From an uncultured Collinsella sp. (lineage in GTDB: Bacteria > Actinomycetota > Coriobacteriia > Coriobacteriales > Coriobacteriaceae), in NCBI GenBank assembly GCA_902464485.1, contig CABQJJ010000005.1, forward strand, positions 959-64,958: 64,000 bases of DNA. The letters run 5' to 3'. Under the pieces are notes generated by a model. It was not told the origin of the DNA and made no database searches. It was given only the letters and a program-made list of their open reading frames with translations. The position numbers and the translations under genes were made by a program. Positions 53,618 through 64,000 of this stretch are shown here, in pieces (the stretch's first letter is position 1; every line of letters starts with the position of its first letter).

Positions 53618-55215
53618 TGTCCGAAACCCTCAATGCCCAGGATATCGCCAAGAAACTGCAGGAGCAGCTCACGAGCCTCTCCGCGACGGTCGATACGCAT
53701 GAGGTTTCAACGGTCGACGAGGTAGGCGACGGCATCGCGCGCGTCTCCGGCCTCAAGAGTGCCATGGCAGGCGAGCTTCTGGAGTTCAAGAGCTCCGATA
53801 CCGGTGAGACCGTATTCGGCCTCGCCCAGAACCTTGACCGTGACGAGGTCGGCGCCGTTCTGTTTGGTGCCGTTGACTCCATCAAGGAAGGCGACGAGTG
53901 CCGCACCACTGGCCGCATTATGGATATCCCCGTGAGCCGTGCCATGCTCGGCCGCGTCGTCAATCCGCTCGGCCAGCCTATCGACGGCCTGGGTGACATC
54001 GTCGCCACTCACCGTCGTCCCATCGAGTTCAAGGCCCCCGGCGTTATCGACCGTACCCCGGTGTGCGAGCCGGTTCAGACCGGCCTATTGGCTATCGACT
54101 CCATGGTGCCTATCGGCCGCGGCCAGCGCGAGCTTATCATCGGCGACCGTAAGACCGGTAAGACCGCCATTGCCATCGACGCTATCCTCAATCAGCGCGG
54201 CAAGGGCATGGTCTGCATCTATGTCGCCATCGGCCAGAAGGCCTCCACGGTTGCCAACATCCGCGAGACCCTCGCTCAGCACGGTGCGCTCGACTACACC
54301 ATCATCGTTTCGGCAACCGCTGCCGATTCTGCCCCTATGCAGTACATCGCGCCTATGGCCGGTGCCGCTATCGGCGAGTTCTTCATGTACAACGGCGAGG
54401 ACGGTAAGCCCGCCAGCGAGACCAACCCCGGCGGTCACGTGCTCGTCATCTACGATGACCTGTCCAAGCAGGCCGTGGCTTACCGTCAGATGTCGCTGAC
54501 GCTGCATCGTCCGCCCGGACGCGAGGCCTATCCTGGCGACATCTTCTACCTGCACTCTCGTCTGCTCGAGCGTGCCGTCAAGATGTCCAAGAAGAACGGT
54601 TACGGCTCCATGACGGCCCTGCCGATCATCGAGACCCAGGACGGCGACGTTTCGGCCTACATTCCGACCAACGTCATTTCCATTACCGACGGTCAGATTT
54701 ACCTGCAGTCCGAGCTCTTCTTCCAGGGCCAGCGCCCGGCAGTCGACGTGGGCATCTCCGTGTCCCGCGTCGGTGGTGACGCTCAGACCAAGGCCATGAA
54801 GCAGGTTGCCGGCAACCTTCGCCTGGACCTCGCTTCGTATCAGGAGCTCGCCGGCTTTACGCAGTTCGGCTCCGACCTTGACGAGGCTACGCAGAAGCAG
54901 CTTACCCACGGCGCTCGCATGACCGAGCTCCTTAAGCAGCCGCGCTACAAGCCGTTTGAAGTTTCCGAGCAGATCGTTACGCTGTTTGCCGGCAACGAGG
55001 GCTTCCTCGACGATCTCGAGATCGCCGACGTGCTTCCCTTCCGTGCCGAGCTCATCGAGTACATGGACAACGGTTTTGGCTCGTTGCTCGACAAGGTTCG
55101 CGCCAAGAAGATCGACGATGACACCAAGGCTGAGCTCCTGCGCGTCATCGGCGACTTTAAGCAGCAGTTCATGGCAAAGCACCATGCCGATACGACTGGA
55201 TCAGAGGAGAACTAA
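53617..55215 (+). CDS. atpA: F0F1 ATP synthase subunit alpha
   Basis: 532 aa. Walker [14 protein letters not shown] overlap with atpH. Confidence 0.95.
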   Translation: MSETLNAQDIAKKLQEQLTSLSATVDTHEVSTVDEVGDGIARVSGLKSAMAGELLEFKSSDTGETVFGLAQNLDRDEVGAVLFGAVDSIKEGDECRTTGRIMDIPVSRAMLGRVVNPLGQPIDGLGDIVATHRRPIEFKAPGVIDRTPVCEPVQTGLLAIDSMVPIGRGQRELIIGDRKTGKTAIAIDAILNQRGKGMVCIYVAIGQKASTVANIRETLAQHGALDYTIIVSATAADSAPMQYIAPMAGAAIGEFFMYNGEDGKPASETNPGGHVLVIYDDLSKQAVAYRQMSLTLHRPPGREAYPGDIFYLHSRLLERAVKMSKKNGYGSMTALPIIETQDGDVSAYIPTNVISITDGQIYLQSELFFQGQRPAVDVGISVSRVGGDAQTKAMKQVAGNLRLDLASYQELAGFTQFGSDLDEATQKQLTHGARMTELLKQPRYKPFEVSEQIVTLFAGNEGFLDDLEIADVLPFRAELIEYMDNGFGSLLDKVRAKKIDDDTKAELLRVIGDFKQQFMAKHHADTTGSEEN

Positions 55216-55220
55216 GCCCT

Positions 55221-57583
<2,363 letters not shown>

Positions 57584-57586
57584 GTT

Positions 57587-57979
57587 ATGCGTATCCGCAT
57601 CGTGTGCCCCGTGAGCCTCGCCTATGAGGGTGACGCTGCGTTTGTGTCGATTCCGTCTACGGATGGCGAGTTTGGCGTTTTACCTGCCCACTCCAGCGAA
57701 ATCTGCACGATCGACCGCGGTTACGTTCGCGTTTCCGATAAGGCCATGGGCACTGTCGACCACACGTTTGCCGTGGCCGGCGGCTATGCCCAGGTTGCGG
57801 ACGATGTCGTGACCGTTCTCGCCGAGCGCGCTTGCGATTTGGCGACTGTCGACGCCGATAAGGTTAAAGCCGATATTCAAGGTTTTGAAGAGAAGCTGGG
57901 TAATTTGTCGGAGGATGATGCACGCCGCGCCTACCTCTATAATGAAATCGCATGGTGTAAGCTCAAGCTTGCCCAATAG
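57587..57979 (+). CDS. atpC: F0F1 ATP synthase subunit epsilon
   Basis: 130 aa. Position after atpD and a beta-sandwich-like N-terminus (VSIPSTDGEFGVLPAHS). Confidence 0.85.
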   Translation: MRIRIVCPVSLAYEGDAAFVSIPSTDGEFGVLPAHSSEICTIDRGYVRVSDKAMGTVDHTFAVAGGYAQVADDVVTVLAERACDLATVDADKVKADIQGFEEKLGNLSEDDARRAYLYNEIAWCKLKLAQ

Positions 57980-58015
57980 TCAAACGATTTAGCGTTCGAC
58001 CATTTGCGAATACAT

Positions 58016-58054
58016 CATGCCCGGGATGGCTCAGCCACCCCGGGCATGCTTTTT
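58016..58054 (+). terminator. Intrinsic terminator of the atp operon
   Basis: CATGCCCGGG, a 13-nt loop, then CCCGGGCATG, followed by CTTTTTG. Confidence 0.8.
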
Positions 58055-58067
58055 GAAAGGGTAGACC

Positions 58068-59351
58068 TTGGATATTATCCGTGTTGAGGGTGGCCACGCC
58101 ATCGGAGGCTCCGTGCCTGTTTCGGGTGCAAAGAATTCCGCACTCAAGCTCATGGCGGCAACGCTTCTGGCACCGGGCAAGACAACGCTTCAGAACGTGC
58201 CCGATATTTCCGATGTCCACGTTATGGGCAAGGTGCTCAAGGGCATGGGCGCCACGATTGAAGTTCTCGATGAGCACACGCTCGAAATCGATACCTCTCA
58301 GGTTGATTCCTGGGAGGCTCCCTACGAGCTTGTCGCCAAGATGCGCGCCTCCACGGCCGTGATGGGCCCCCTGCTGGGTCGTTTCCATCGCGCCAAGATT
58401 GCCATGCCGGGCGGCTGCAATCTGGGTGCTCGTAAGATCGACATGCACATCCTGGGTCTTGAGGCACTGGGCGTAGAATTCGACACCGCACACGGTTACA
58501 TCAATGCCAACGCACCTCAGGGATTGAGTGGCACTACGGTTACGCTTGAGTTTGCCAGTGTCGGTGCTACTGAGAACCTCATCATGGCGGCCGTGCGTGC
58601 GCGAGGCACTACGGTTATCGATAATGCGGCTCGCGAGCCCGAGATCGTCGACCTTGCCAACATGCTCAACGAGATGGGCGCCAAGATTGTCGGCGCCGGC
58701 ACGCCTGTCGTGACCATCGAAGGCGTGGACGAGCTGCATCCCGTTACCCATCGCGTGGTGGGTGACCGCATCGAGGCCGGCACCTTTATCGTTGCCGGCG
58801 CCTTGATGGCCGATGACCGTGGTGTAGACGTTACGGGTTTTTGCCCCATTCACTTGGGTATGGTGCTCAAGAAGATGGAGCTCATGGGTATCGAGTGTGA
58901 ACGAATCGAGAATGGCGTTCACGTGAGTCGCGTCGAGCGCATCAAGCCGGTCGATATTCAGACGCTTCCGTTCCCGGGCTTCCCGACGGACATGCAGGCG
59001 CAGATCATGGTGCTTTCAGCCCTTGCCGATGGCAGCTCTGTGATTACCGAGAATATCTTCGAGAACCGTTTTATGTTCGCGTCGGAGCTGGTCCGCATGG
59101 GCGCGGACATCCGCATCGAAAGCCATCATGCCATGATTCATGGCGTCAAGGGGTTCTCGGGCGCACAGGTTACCTCGCCCGATCTGCGTGGCGGCGCCGC
59201 GCTCGTCGTTGCTGGCCTTATCGCTGATGGTGTTACCGAGGTCTCGGCAATCCATCACATCAAACGTGGCTACGAGCGGTTTGTCGAAAAGCTGCAGACG
59301 CTTGGCGCGCATGTCGAACATGCCACCGTTCCCGATCCCGTCATCTACTAA
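58068..59351 (+). CDS. murA: UDP-N-acetylglucosamine 1-carboxyvinyltransferase
   Basis: 427 aa with a TTG start after [20 protein letters not shown], and the active-site Cys in [12 protein letters not shown]. Confidence 0.95.
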   Translation: MDIIRVEGGHAIGGSVPVSGAKNSALKLMAATLLAPGKTTLQNVPDISDVHVMGKVLKGMGATIEVLDEHTLEIDTSQVDSWEAPYELVAKMRASTAVMGPLLGRFHRAKIAMPGGCNLGARKIDMHILGLEALGVEFDTAHGYINANAPQGLSGTTVTLEFASVGATENLIMAAVRARGTTVIDNAAREPEIVDLANMLNEMGAKIVGAGTPVVTIEGVDELHPVTHRVVGDRIEAGTFIVAGALMADDRGVDVTGFCPIHLGMVLKKMELMGIECERIENGVHVSRVERIKPVDIQTLPFPGFPTDMQAQIMVLSALADGSSVITENIFENRFMFASELVRMGADIRIESHHAMIHGVKGFSGAQVTSPDLRGGAALVVAGLIADGVTEVSAIHHIKRGYERFVEKLQTLGAHVEHATVPDPVIY

Positions 59352-59363
59352 TGCAGGTTGCCT

Positions 59364-60590
59364 ATGTTTAACAAGAAGCCCCTAGCGGATAACACCCGAA
59401 GACCCTCGACTGGTGCGCAGGCCAAGATTTACAGCCGCGACAATGTCGCACGCTATTCTGAGCGCGCCCGTCAGCGCCGTCGCGGCCGCACGGTTCGCCG
59501 CGTCGCGCTCATCGCCGTGCTCGGTGTGTTGCTGAGCGCCACGACTGCTGCAGGTCTGTGGTTTGCCACTATCATGGGCAAGCTTGGCGACTCCAATGTC
59601 ATTACCAACAACCTGCGCCAGATTTTGGTCGATACCGATGAGGCAAAAGATCCGTTCTACGTGCTGCTTCTTGGTACCGACGGTCGTCCGGGCGAGGATA
59701 CGTATCGTGCCGACTCGATTATCCTGGCTCGCGTTGACCCTACGCAAAAGCAGGCAACGCTTATCTCCATTCCGCGCGATACCAAGGTTGTCTATAACGG
59801 CTCGACCATGAAGATTAACGCCTGTCATACGTATGGCGGCGCCGAGGCTATGGTCCAGGCGGTCAATGAGCTGTGCGGCGTGCAGATTTCTCACTATGCC
59901 GAGGTCAGCTTTGACGGCATGCAGTCGCTTATTGATTCGGTTGGCGGTATCGACATCAACGCGACCGATGACGTCGACGATCCCGAGCATCTGGATATTA
60001 AGATTACTGCCGGCCAGCAGCATATGGATGGCGCCACTGCCCTTACCTACGCCCGTTGCCGTTACATCTATGCCGACGGCGACTACACACGCATGCGCCA
60101 CCAGCGTCAGGTGCTCGGCGCCCTTGCCAACCAGATTCTCAACAACTTTGACCCCACCAAGGTCTTTGATCTGGTCAATTCGCTGTCCGACATGCTCGTG
60201 ACGGACATGAGCGTTCAAGATATCGTTTCCACGGTCAATGCCATGCGAGGCATGGATGTCGACGGCATGTACTCGGCCAATCTGCCCTCGTATGCCGACG
60301 AAACCACCGTAATTGATGGCCAGAGCTACGTGTTTGTGTACGAAGACGAGCTTAAGGAAATGATGGCGCGCGTCGATGCCGGCAAAGACCCCAAGGGGCC
60401 CAACACCATGGGCCTATCCGATGGATCGAGCTCTACCATTGGCGATCTCAACGAAAATACGTCCGATGATTATGCATACGGCACCGCGACGTCTTCGACC
60501 GGCTCGGATGATTCTGGCGATTCGGGTGACGGTTCCGATTACTACGAAGAGCCAACCGGGGACGGCAACGGTTACGACGCCAACTACTAA
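59364..60590 (+). CDS. LCP (LytR-CpsA-Psr) family protein with a Ser/Asp/Gly-rich C-terminal tail
   Basis: ORF 59358..60590, with ATG at 59364. N-terminal TM segment. Motifs LLLGTDGRPGEDTYRADSIILARV and ISIPRDT. Confidence 0.85.
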   Translation: MFNKKPLADNTRRPSTGAQAKIYSRDNVARYSERARQRRRGRTVRRVALIAVLGVLLSATTAAGLWFATIMGKLGDSNVITNNLRQILVDTDEAKDPFYVLLLGTDGRPGEDTYRADSIILARVDPTQKQATLISIPRDTKVVYNGSTMKINACHTYGGAEAMVQAVNELCGVQISHYAEVSFDGMQSLIDSVGGIDINATDDVDDPEHLDIKITAGQQHMDGATALTYARCRYIYADGDYTRMRHQRQVLGALANQILNNFDPTKVFDLVNSLSDMLVTDMSVQDIVSTVNAMRGMDVDGMYSANLPSYADETTVIDGQSYVFVYEDELKEMMARVDAGKDPKGPNTMGLSDGSSSTIGDLNENTSDDYAYGTATSSTGSDDSGDSGDGSDYYEEPTGDGNGYDANY

Positions 60591-60737
60591 GTTACGGCGT
60601 TTTACCAAACGCCGTAACGGCTCGACGCTGCGCGCCGCCCAAGGCGACAACTTGTCATTCAAAAGGCAGGGCATGACCAGAAGGTCAATGCCCTGCCTTT
60701 TTCATGCCAACTTGTTCGCCTTGGACGTCGCTCGCTG
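60591..60737. repeat. 147-nt structured intergenic repeat, copy 2
   Basis: Starts 1 nt after the LCP stop and is colinear with 45776-45922. Confidence 0.8.
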
Positions 60738-60778
60738 ACGTTGGCTCAACCTGCGTTGCTGACTACTCCCCTTGCACC

Positions 60779-60820
60779 AAAAACCGCCCCGTTCTCGGTT
60801 TTGAGGACGGGGCGGTTTTG
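60779..60820. terminator. Bidirectional intrinsic terminator between the LCP gene/repeat and pepT
   Basis: AAACCGCCCCGT, a 14-nt loop, then ACGGGGCGGTTT, flanked by an A-run on the left and a T-run on the right. Confidence 0.75.
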
Positions 60821-60843
60821 CTCACCTAGATTGTTCGAGTTTC

Positions 60844-62091
60844 TTATGCGAAACGGGCGACGAGCTCCTGCAGGACGTCGGTCATCTTGACGAGCGAGCT
60901 GACCGGAATAAACTCGTTGACGCCGTGGTAGCAGTAGCCGCCTGTCGAAAGGTTGGGGCAGGGCAGGCCGCGGAACGACAGCTGTGCACCGTCGGTGCCG
61001 CCGCGAATCGGCAGCACCTGGGGTTCAACGTCGCAGGCAAGATAGGCTGCCTTGGCGACATCGATAAGCTCGGGGTAGTCGCGGACAATCTCGGCCATGT
61101 TGCGGTACTGGTGCTTGACCTCGATCGTCACGCGCTCCTCGCCCAGGCGCTGGTTGAGCATTGCGGCGGCAGCGTCCATTAGCTCGAGCTTCTGCTGGAA
61201 CTTGGCAGCGTCGTGATCGCGGACGATATAGCGTGCCGTGGCATGGTCGACCGTTGCCGAAACGCCCTCAAGGTGATAGAAGCCCTCGTAGCCCTCGGTG
61301 TATTCCGGGCGCTGCACATAGGGGAGCAGGGCATTGAAGTCGCAGAATAGATTGCCCGCGTTAACCATGCGGCCCTTGGCGTCGCCGGGGTGAATGGACT
61401 GACCCTCAAAGCGAACGGTTGCCTCGGCGGCGTTGAAGCACTCCCACTCGAGTTCGCCAACCGGACCGCCGTCAACCGTGTAGGCGTATTTGCAGCCAAA
61501 GGTCTCGATATCCAGCAGTTCGGCACCGTGACCGATTTCCTCGTCCGGGCAGAAGCAAATGCCAAGCGTGGGGTGGGGCAGGGTGGGGTCCTTTGCGATA
61601 CGCGCGACGAGCGCCATAATCTCGGCGACGCCGGCCTTGTCGTCGGCGCCCAGCAGCGTGGAGCCGTCGGTACACACCAGGTCCTCGCCCACCAGGTTGT
61701 TCAGGGCGGGAAGTTTGGTGGTGCTCATGGATACGGGTTTGCCGTCGACGATGCCGCAAACTAGGTCGCCGCCTTCATAGTGCACGATGTGCGGCGCTAC
61801 GTCGGCGCCCGGCGCGACCTCGGTGGTGTCGAGGTGCGCGATCAGACCCAGGGCGGGTTTATTCTCGGAACCGGCGCTTGCGGGGATATGCGCGCAGACA
61901 TAGGCGTTTTCGGTTACATGGGCATCGGTTGCACCCAACTCGTGCAGCTCCTCGGCAAGCAGGTTGGCAAGGTCAAACTGGACGGCGCTCGACGGCACCT
62001 GGTCGCAGTTGGCATCCTCGGACTGTGTGTTGATCTGGACGTAGCGCAAAAAACGCTCGAGTACGTCGGGGTTCGTGGTGAAGTTTTCCAT
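60844..62091 (-). CDS. pepT: Peptidase T (tripeptide aminopeptidase, M20B)
   Basis: ORF 60844..62187, with a probable start at ATG 62091 (MENFTTNPDVLERFLRYVQINTQS). Motifs HLDT, GADDKAG and IRGGTDG. Confidence 0.9.
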   Translation of the reverse strand: MENFTTNPDVLERFLRYVQINTQSEDANCDQVPSSAVQFDLANLLAEELHELGATDAHVTENAYVCAHIPASAGSENKPALGLIAHLDTTEVAPGADVAPHIVHYEGGDLVCGIVDGKPVSMSTTKLPALNNLVGEDLVCTDGSTLLGADDKAGVAEIMALVARIAKDPTLPHPTLGICFCPDEEIGHGAELLDIETFGCKYAYTVDGGPVGELEWECFNAAEATVRFEGQSIHPGDAKGRMVNAGNLFCDFNALLPYVQRPEYTEGYEGFYHLEGVSATVDHATARYIVRDHDAAKFQQKLELMDAAAAMLNQRLGEERVTIEVKHQYRNMAEIVRDYPELIDVAKAAYLACDVEPQVLPIRGGTDGAQLSFRGLPCPNLSTGGYCYHGVNEFIPVSSLVKMTDVLQELVARFA

Positions 62092-62211
62092 AAAGAACGC
62101 TCCAATCTTGGTTGTCGTGTGCAACAAGAACTCTAGCACGGTATGCCGAGGCATACCGCGACGCTCGGATGGGGTAGAATCAGCCATTGAATGCAGAAGG
62201 GACGGATGTTC

Positions 62212-62634
62212 ATGGATACGACAAATAGCTCGCGCGAGCTACACCTAACGGTGGCGAACGAAGACTACTTGGAGTGCATGGTTCGCATCGAAAGCGAGGA
62301 AGGGGAGACCAATGGTGTGCGGTCGGTCGATATCGCGCAGCGCCTTGGCGTCTCGAAGGCATCGGTCAACAAGGCGGTTTCGGCTCTCAAAGCATCCGAG
62401 CTTGTCGAGCAGTCTCACTACGGCAAGGTTGTCCTGACCGACCGTGGGCGCGAGGTCGGCTCGGCTATCTGGTATCGCCATCGCCTGATCCGCACGTTTT
62501 TGGTCCAGGAGCTCGGCGTCGATTTTGAGCGCGCTGATGCTGAGGCGTGCATGATGGAGCACGCGCTTTCCGAGGACACGATGAACCGTTGGCTCGCCTA
62601 TCTCGAAAAGCAGGGAATCAGCGTCGAGGAATAG
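62212..62634 (+). CDS. DtxR/MntR family metal-dependent transcriptional regulator
   Basis: ORF 62191..62634, with a likely ATG 62212 after GAAGGGA. EDYLECM, DIAQRLGVSKASVNKAV and YRHRLIRTFL. Confidence 0.8.
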   Translation: MDTTNSSRELHLTVANEDYLECMVRIESEEGETNGVRSVDIAQRLGVSKASVNKAVSALKASELVEQSHYGKVVLTDRGREVGSAIWYRHRLIRTFLVQELGVDFERADAEACMMEHALSEDTMNRWLAYLEKQGISVEE

Positions 62635-62646
62635 CGAAATACTTAT

Positions 62647-63540
62647 ATGGATACGAGTTATTACAATCGCTTTGGCGGCGAGGAACTTATGCGCCGACTT
62701 GCCAGTGAGACATTGCTGGCACAGGGCCCCATGGGAAGCGTGCTGCTGAGCGAGTACGGCGCCGCCGATATTCCGCCGGCATTTTGGAATCTTGCCGAAC
62801 CGCAGACGGTTTCTCGTATCCATCGCCTGTATGTCGCCGCTGGCGCGCAGGTGCTCATTACCAATACCTTTCAGGCATCAAGCTATGCTCTCAAGCAGGA
62901 TCTGATTACGCCGTCCGTGGCTGAGGTCAATCGCGGTGCCGTCGACGATGCACGTCAGGCGCACCCTCAGCTGTTGCTGGGCTCGATGGGCCCGATTGGC
63001 ATTGAGTGGTTTGCCGAAGACTCTGCCGAGTATCGAGAAATCCGAGGCTTTTCGCGAGAGCAGGCATACGCCCTACTCAATGCTGGTGTTGACGGTCTGC
63101 TGATCGAGACGGTGACGTCTATCCGTAATTTGCAGCCCATGCTTGCCGGCGCCCAGGATGCCGCCGCCGGCATGCCTGTTTTGGTGAGTTTTGTCGTTGA
63201 CGATAAAGGCGACCTGCTAGGCGATGGCCTCAACATCGAGGCTGCCGTTTTGTACGCCGAAAAGCACGGCGCAAACTCGGTTGGCGTTAACTGCTGTTCA
63301 CTTGCGGCCGCGAACGTGGCGGTGCCCAGGATGGTTGCATCGGCGACTACACCCGTCACGGTACGCCCCAACATGGGCGATCCGGTCCAAACTCAGGATG
63401 GCCCTGTGTGGCGCGAGAACCCCGAAGCCTTCGCGCGCGCTTGCATCGAATGGAGGCATGCCGGTGCCGCAATGGTGGGCAGTTGCTGTGGAACTACGGC
63501 GATTACCACGGCGGCGATGGCCGAGGCGCTCGATATATAA
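62647..63540 (+). CDS. Homocysteine S-methyltransferase family protein
   Basis: 297 aa. Motifs ITNTFQAS, GVNCC and the C-terminal GSCCGTT zinc-ligand motif. The start could instead be ATG 62689. Confidence 0.8.
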   Translation: MDTSYYNRFGGEELMRRLASETLLAQGPMGSVLLSEYGAADIPPAFWNLAEPQTVSRIHRLYVAAGAQVLITNTFQASSYALKQDLITPSVAEVNRGAVDDARQAHPQLLLGSMGPIGIEWFAEDSAEYREIRGFSREQAYALLNAGVDGLLIETVTSIRNLQPMLAGAQDAAAGMPVLVSFVVDDKGDLLGDGLNIEAAVLYAEKHGANSVGVNCCSLAAANVAVPRMVASATTPVTVRPNMGDPVQTQDGPVWRENPEAFARACIEWRHAGAAMVGSCCGTTAITTAAMAEALDI

Positions 63541-63545
63541 AGGTC

Positions 63546-63579
63546 AAAACCGCTCCATACGGGGGCGGTTTTTTTTATT
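63546..63579 (+). terminator. Intrinsic terminator after the homocysteine methyltransferase gene
   Basis: AAAACCGCTCC-ATAC-GGGGGCGGTTTTTTTT. Confidence 0.7.
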
Positions 63580-63700
63580 GCTTGCGCATCGCTGGTACCA
63601 TTTGCCCAAATGGTGAATGCCGGTTTTGGCAGGTTGCCGGGCGAGCGTTGCGGGTATACCCCATGCGTATCATGATCCAAACACTGTGAGGTGTCTGCGC

Positions 63701-64000
63701 GTGTGCGCGATAATTCATTTTGGAACTGACGGTTGGCGCGCCCGCGTCGACGACGACTTTACCGCCGACAACGTTGCCCGCATTGCCGATGCCATCGGCG
63801 AGTTGTGGCAAAAGATTAATCCCGGCAAAACAGTATATATAGGGTTCGACACCCGGCCGCAGGCGCGCGAGTTCGCTGAGCTTGCGGCAGGCGTGCTTGC
63901 GGCTCACGGATTGGACGCAGTGCTCGCATCTCGGCCTGTCCCGACCCCCGCCCTTACGTGGGCGGCGGCGTATGACGGCGAGGCCTGCGGCGCGCTCATG
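63701..64000 (+). CDS. Phosphoglucomutase/phosphomannomutase family protein, N-terminal part (runs off the right edge)
   Basis: Not in the track because there is no stop in the window. My translation from GTG 63701 reads VCAIIHFGTDGWRARVDDDFTADNVARIADAIGELW...VYIGFDTRPQAREFAE, with FGTDGWR typical of the family. Confidence 0.7.
   Translation, partial: MCAIIHFGTDGWRARVDDDFTADNVARIADAIGELWQKINPGKTVYIGFDTRPQAREFAELAAGVLAAHGLDAVLASRPVPTPALTWAAAYDGEACGALM

Overview
High-G+C Gram-positive chromosomal segment. It looks Coriobacteriia-like, perhaps Collinsella, but that is a guess from gene content and repeat flavour, not a search result. I support about 58 protein genes, and I saw no rRNA, tRNA or CRISPR array.

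Layout:
- (a) 1-17.9 kb, housekeeping and accessory metabolism: rlmKL-like gene (runs off the left edge), a HAD phosphatase, an internally deleted transaldolase-family ORF, tex, a Gfo/MFS/SDR/LysR cluster, a MarR regulator with a heterodimeric ABC exporter, pdxK with a TIGR04076-like ORF, and an LMW-PTP.
- (b) 17,995-28,042, an island of about 10 kb. It has a tyrosine integrase and an Xis-like ORF at one end and an XRE repressor at the other. The cargo is only small acidic proteins and membrane or cell-surface proteins, including a duplicated 2-TM coiled-coil protein of unknown family. This is the most interesting part of the window.
- (c) 28.2-36.2 kb, two anciently paralogous phospho-alpha-glucoside modules (RpiR, GH4, PTS EIICB). 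One EIICB carries an in-frame TAG.
- (d) 36.5-64 kb, conserved core: MFS transporter, aldose epimerase, amino-acid ABC transporter, M20 peptidase, prfA, prmC, tsaC/sua5, glpK, upp, atp(I)BEFHAGDC, murA, LCP, pepT, a MntR-like regulator, a homocysteine methyltransferase, and a phosphohexomutase that runs off the right edge.

Several families of intergenic palindromic repeats are present. One is a 147-nt element in two copies whose differences are mostly compensatory. Most long ORFs antisense to these genes in the track are GC-rich shadow ORFs.
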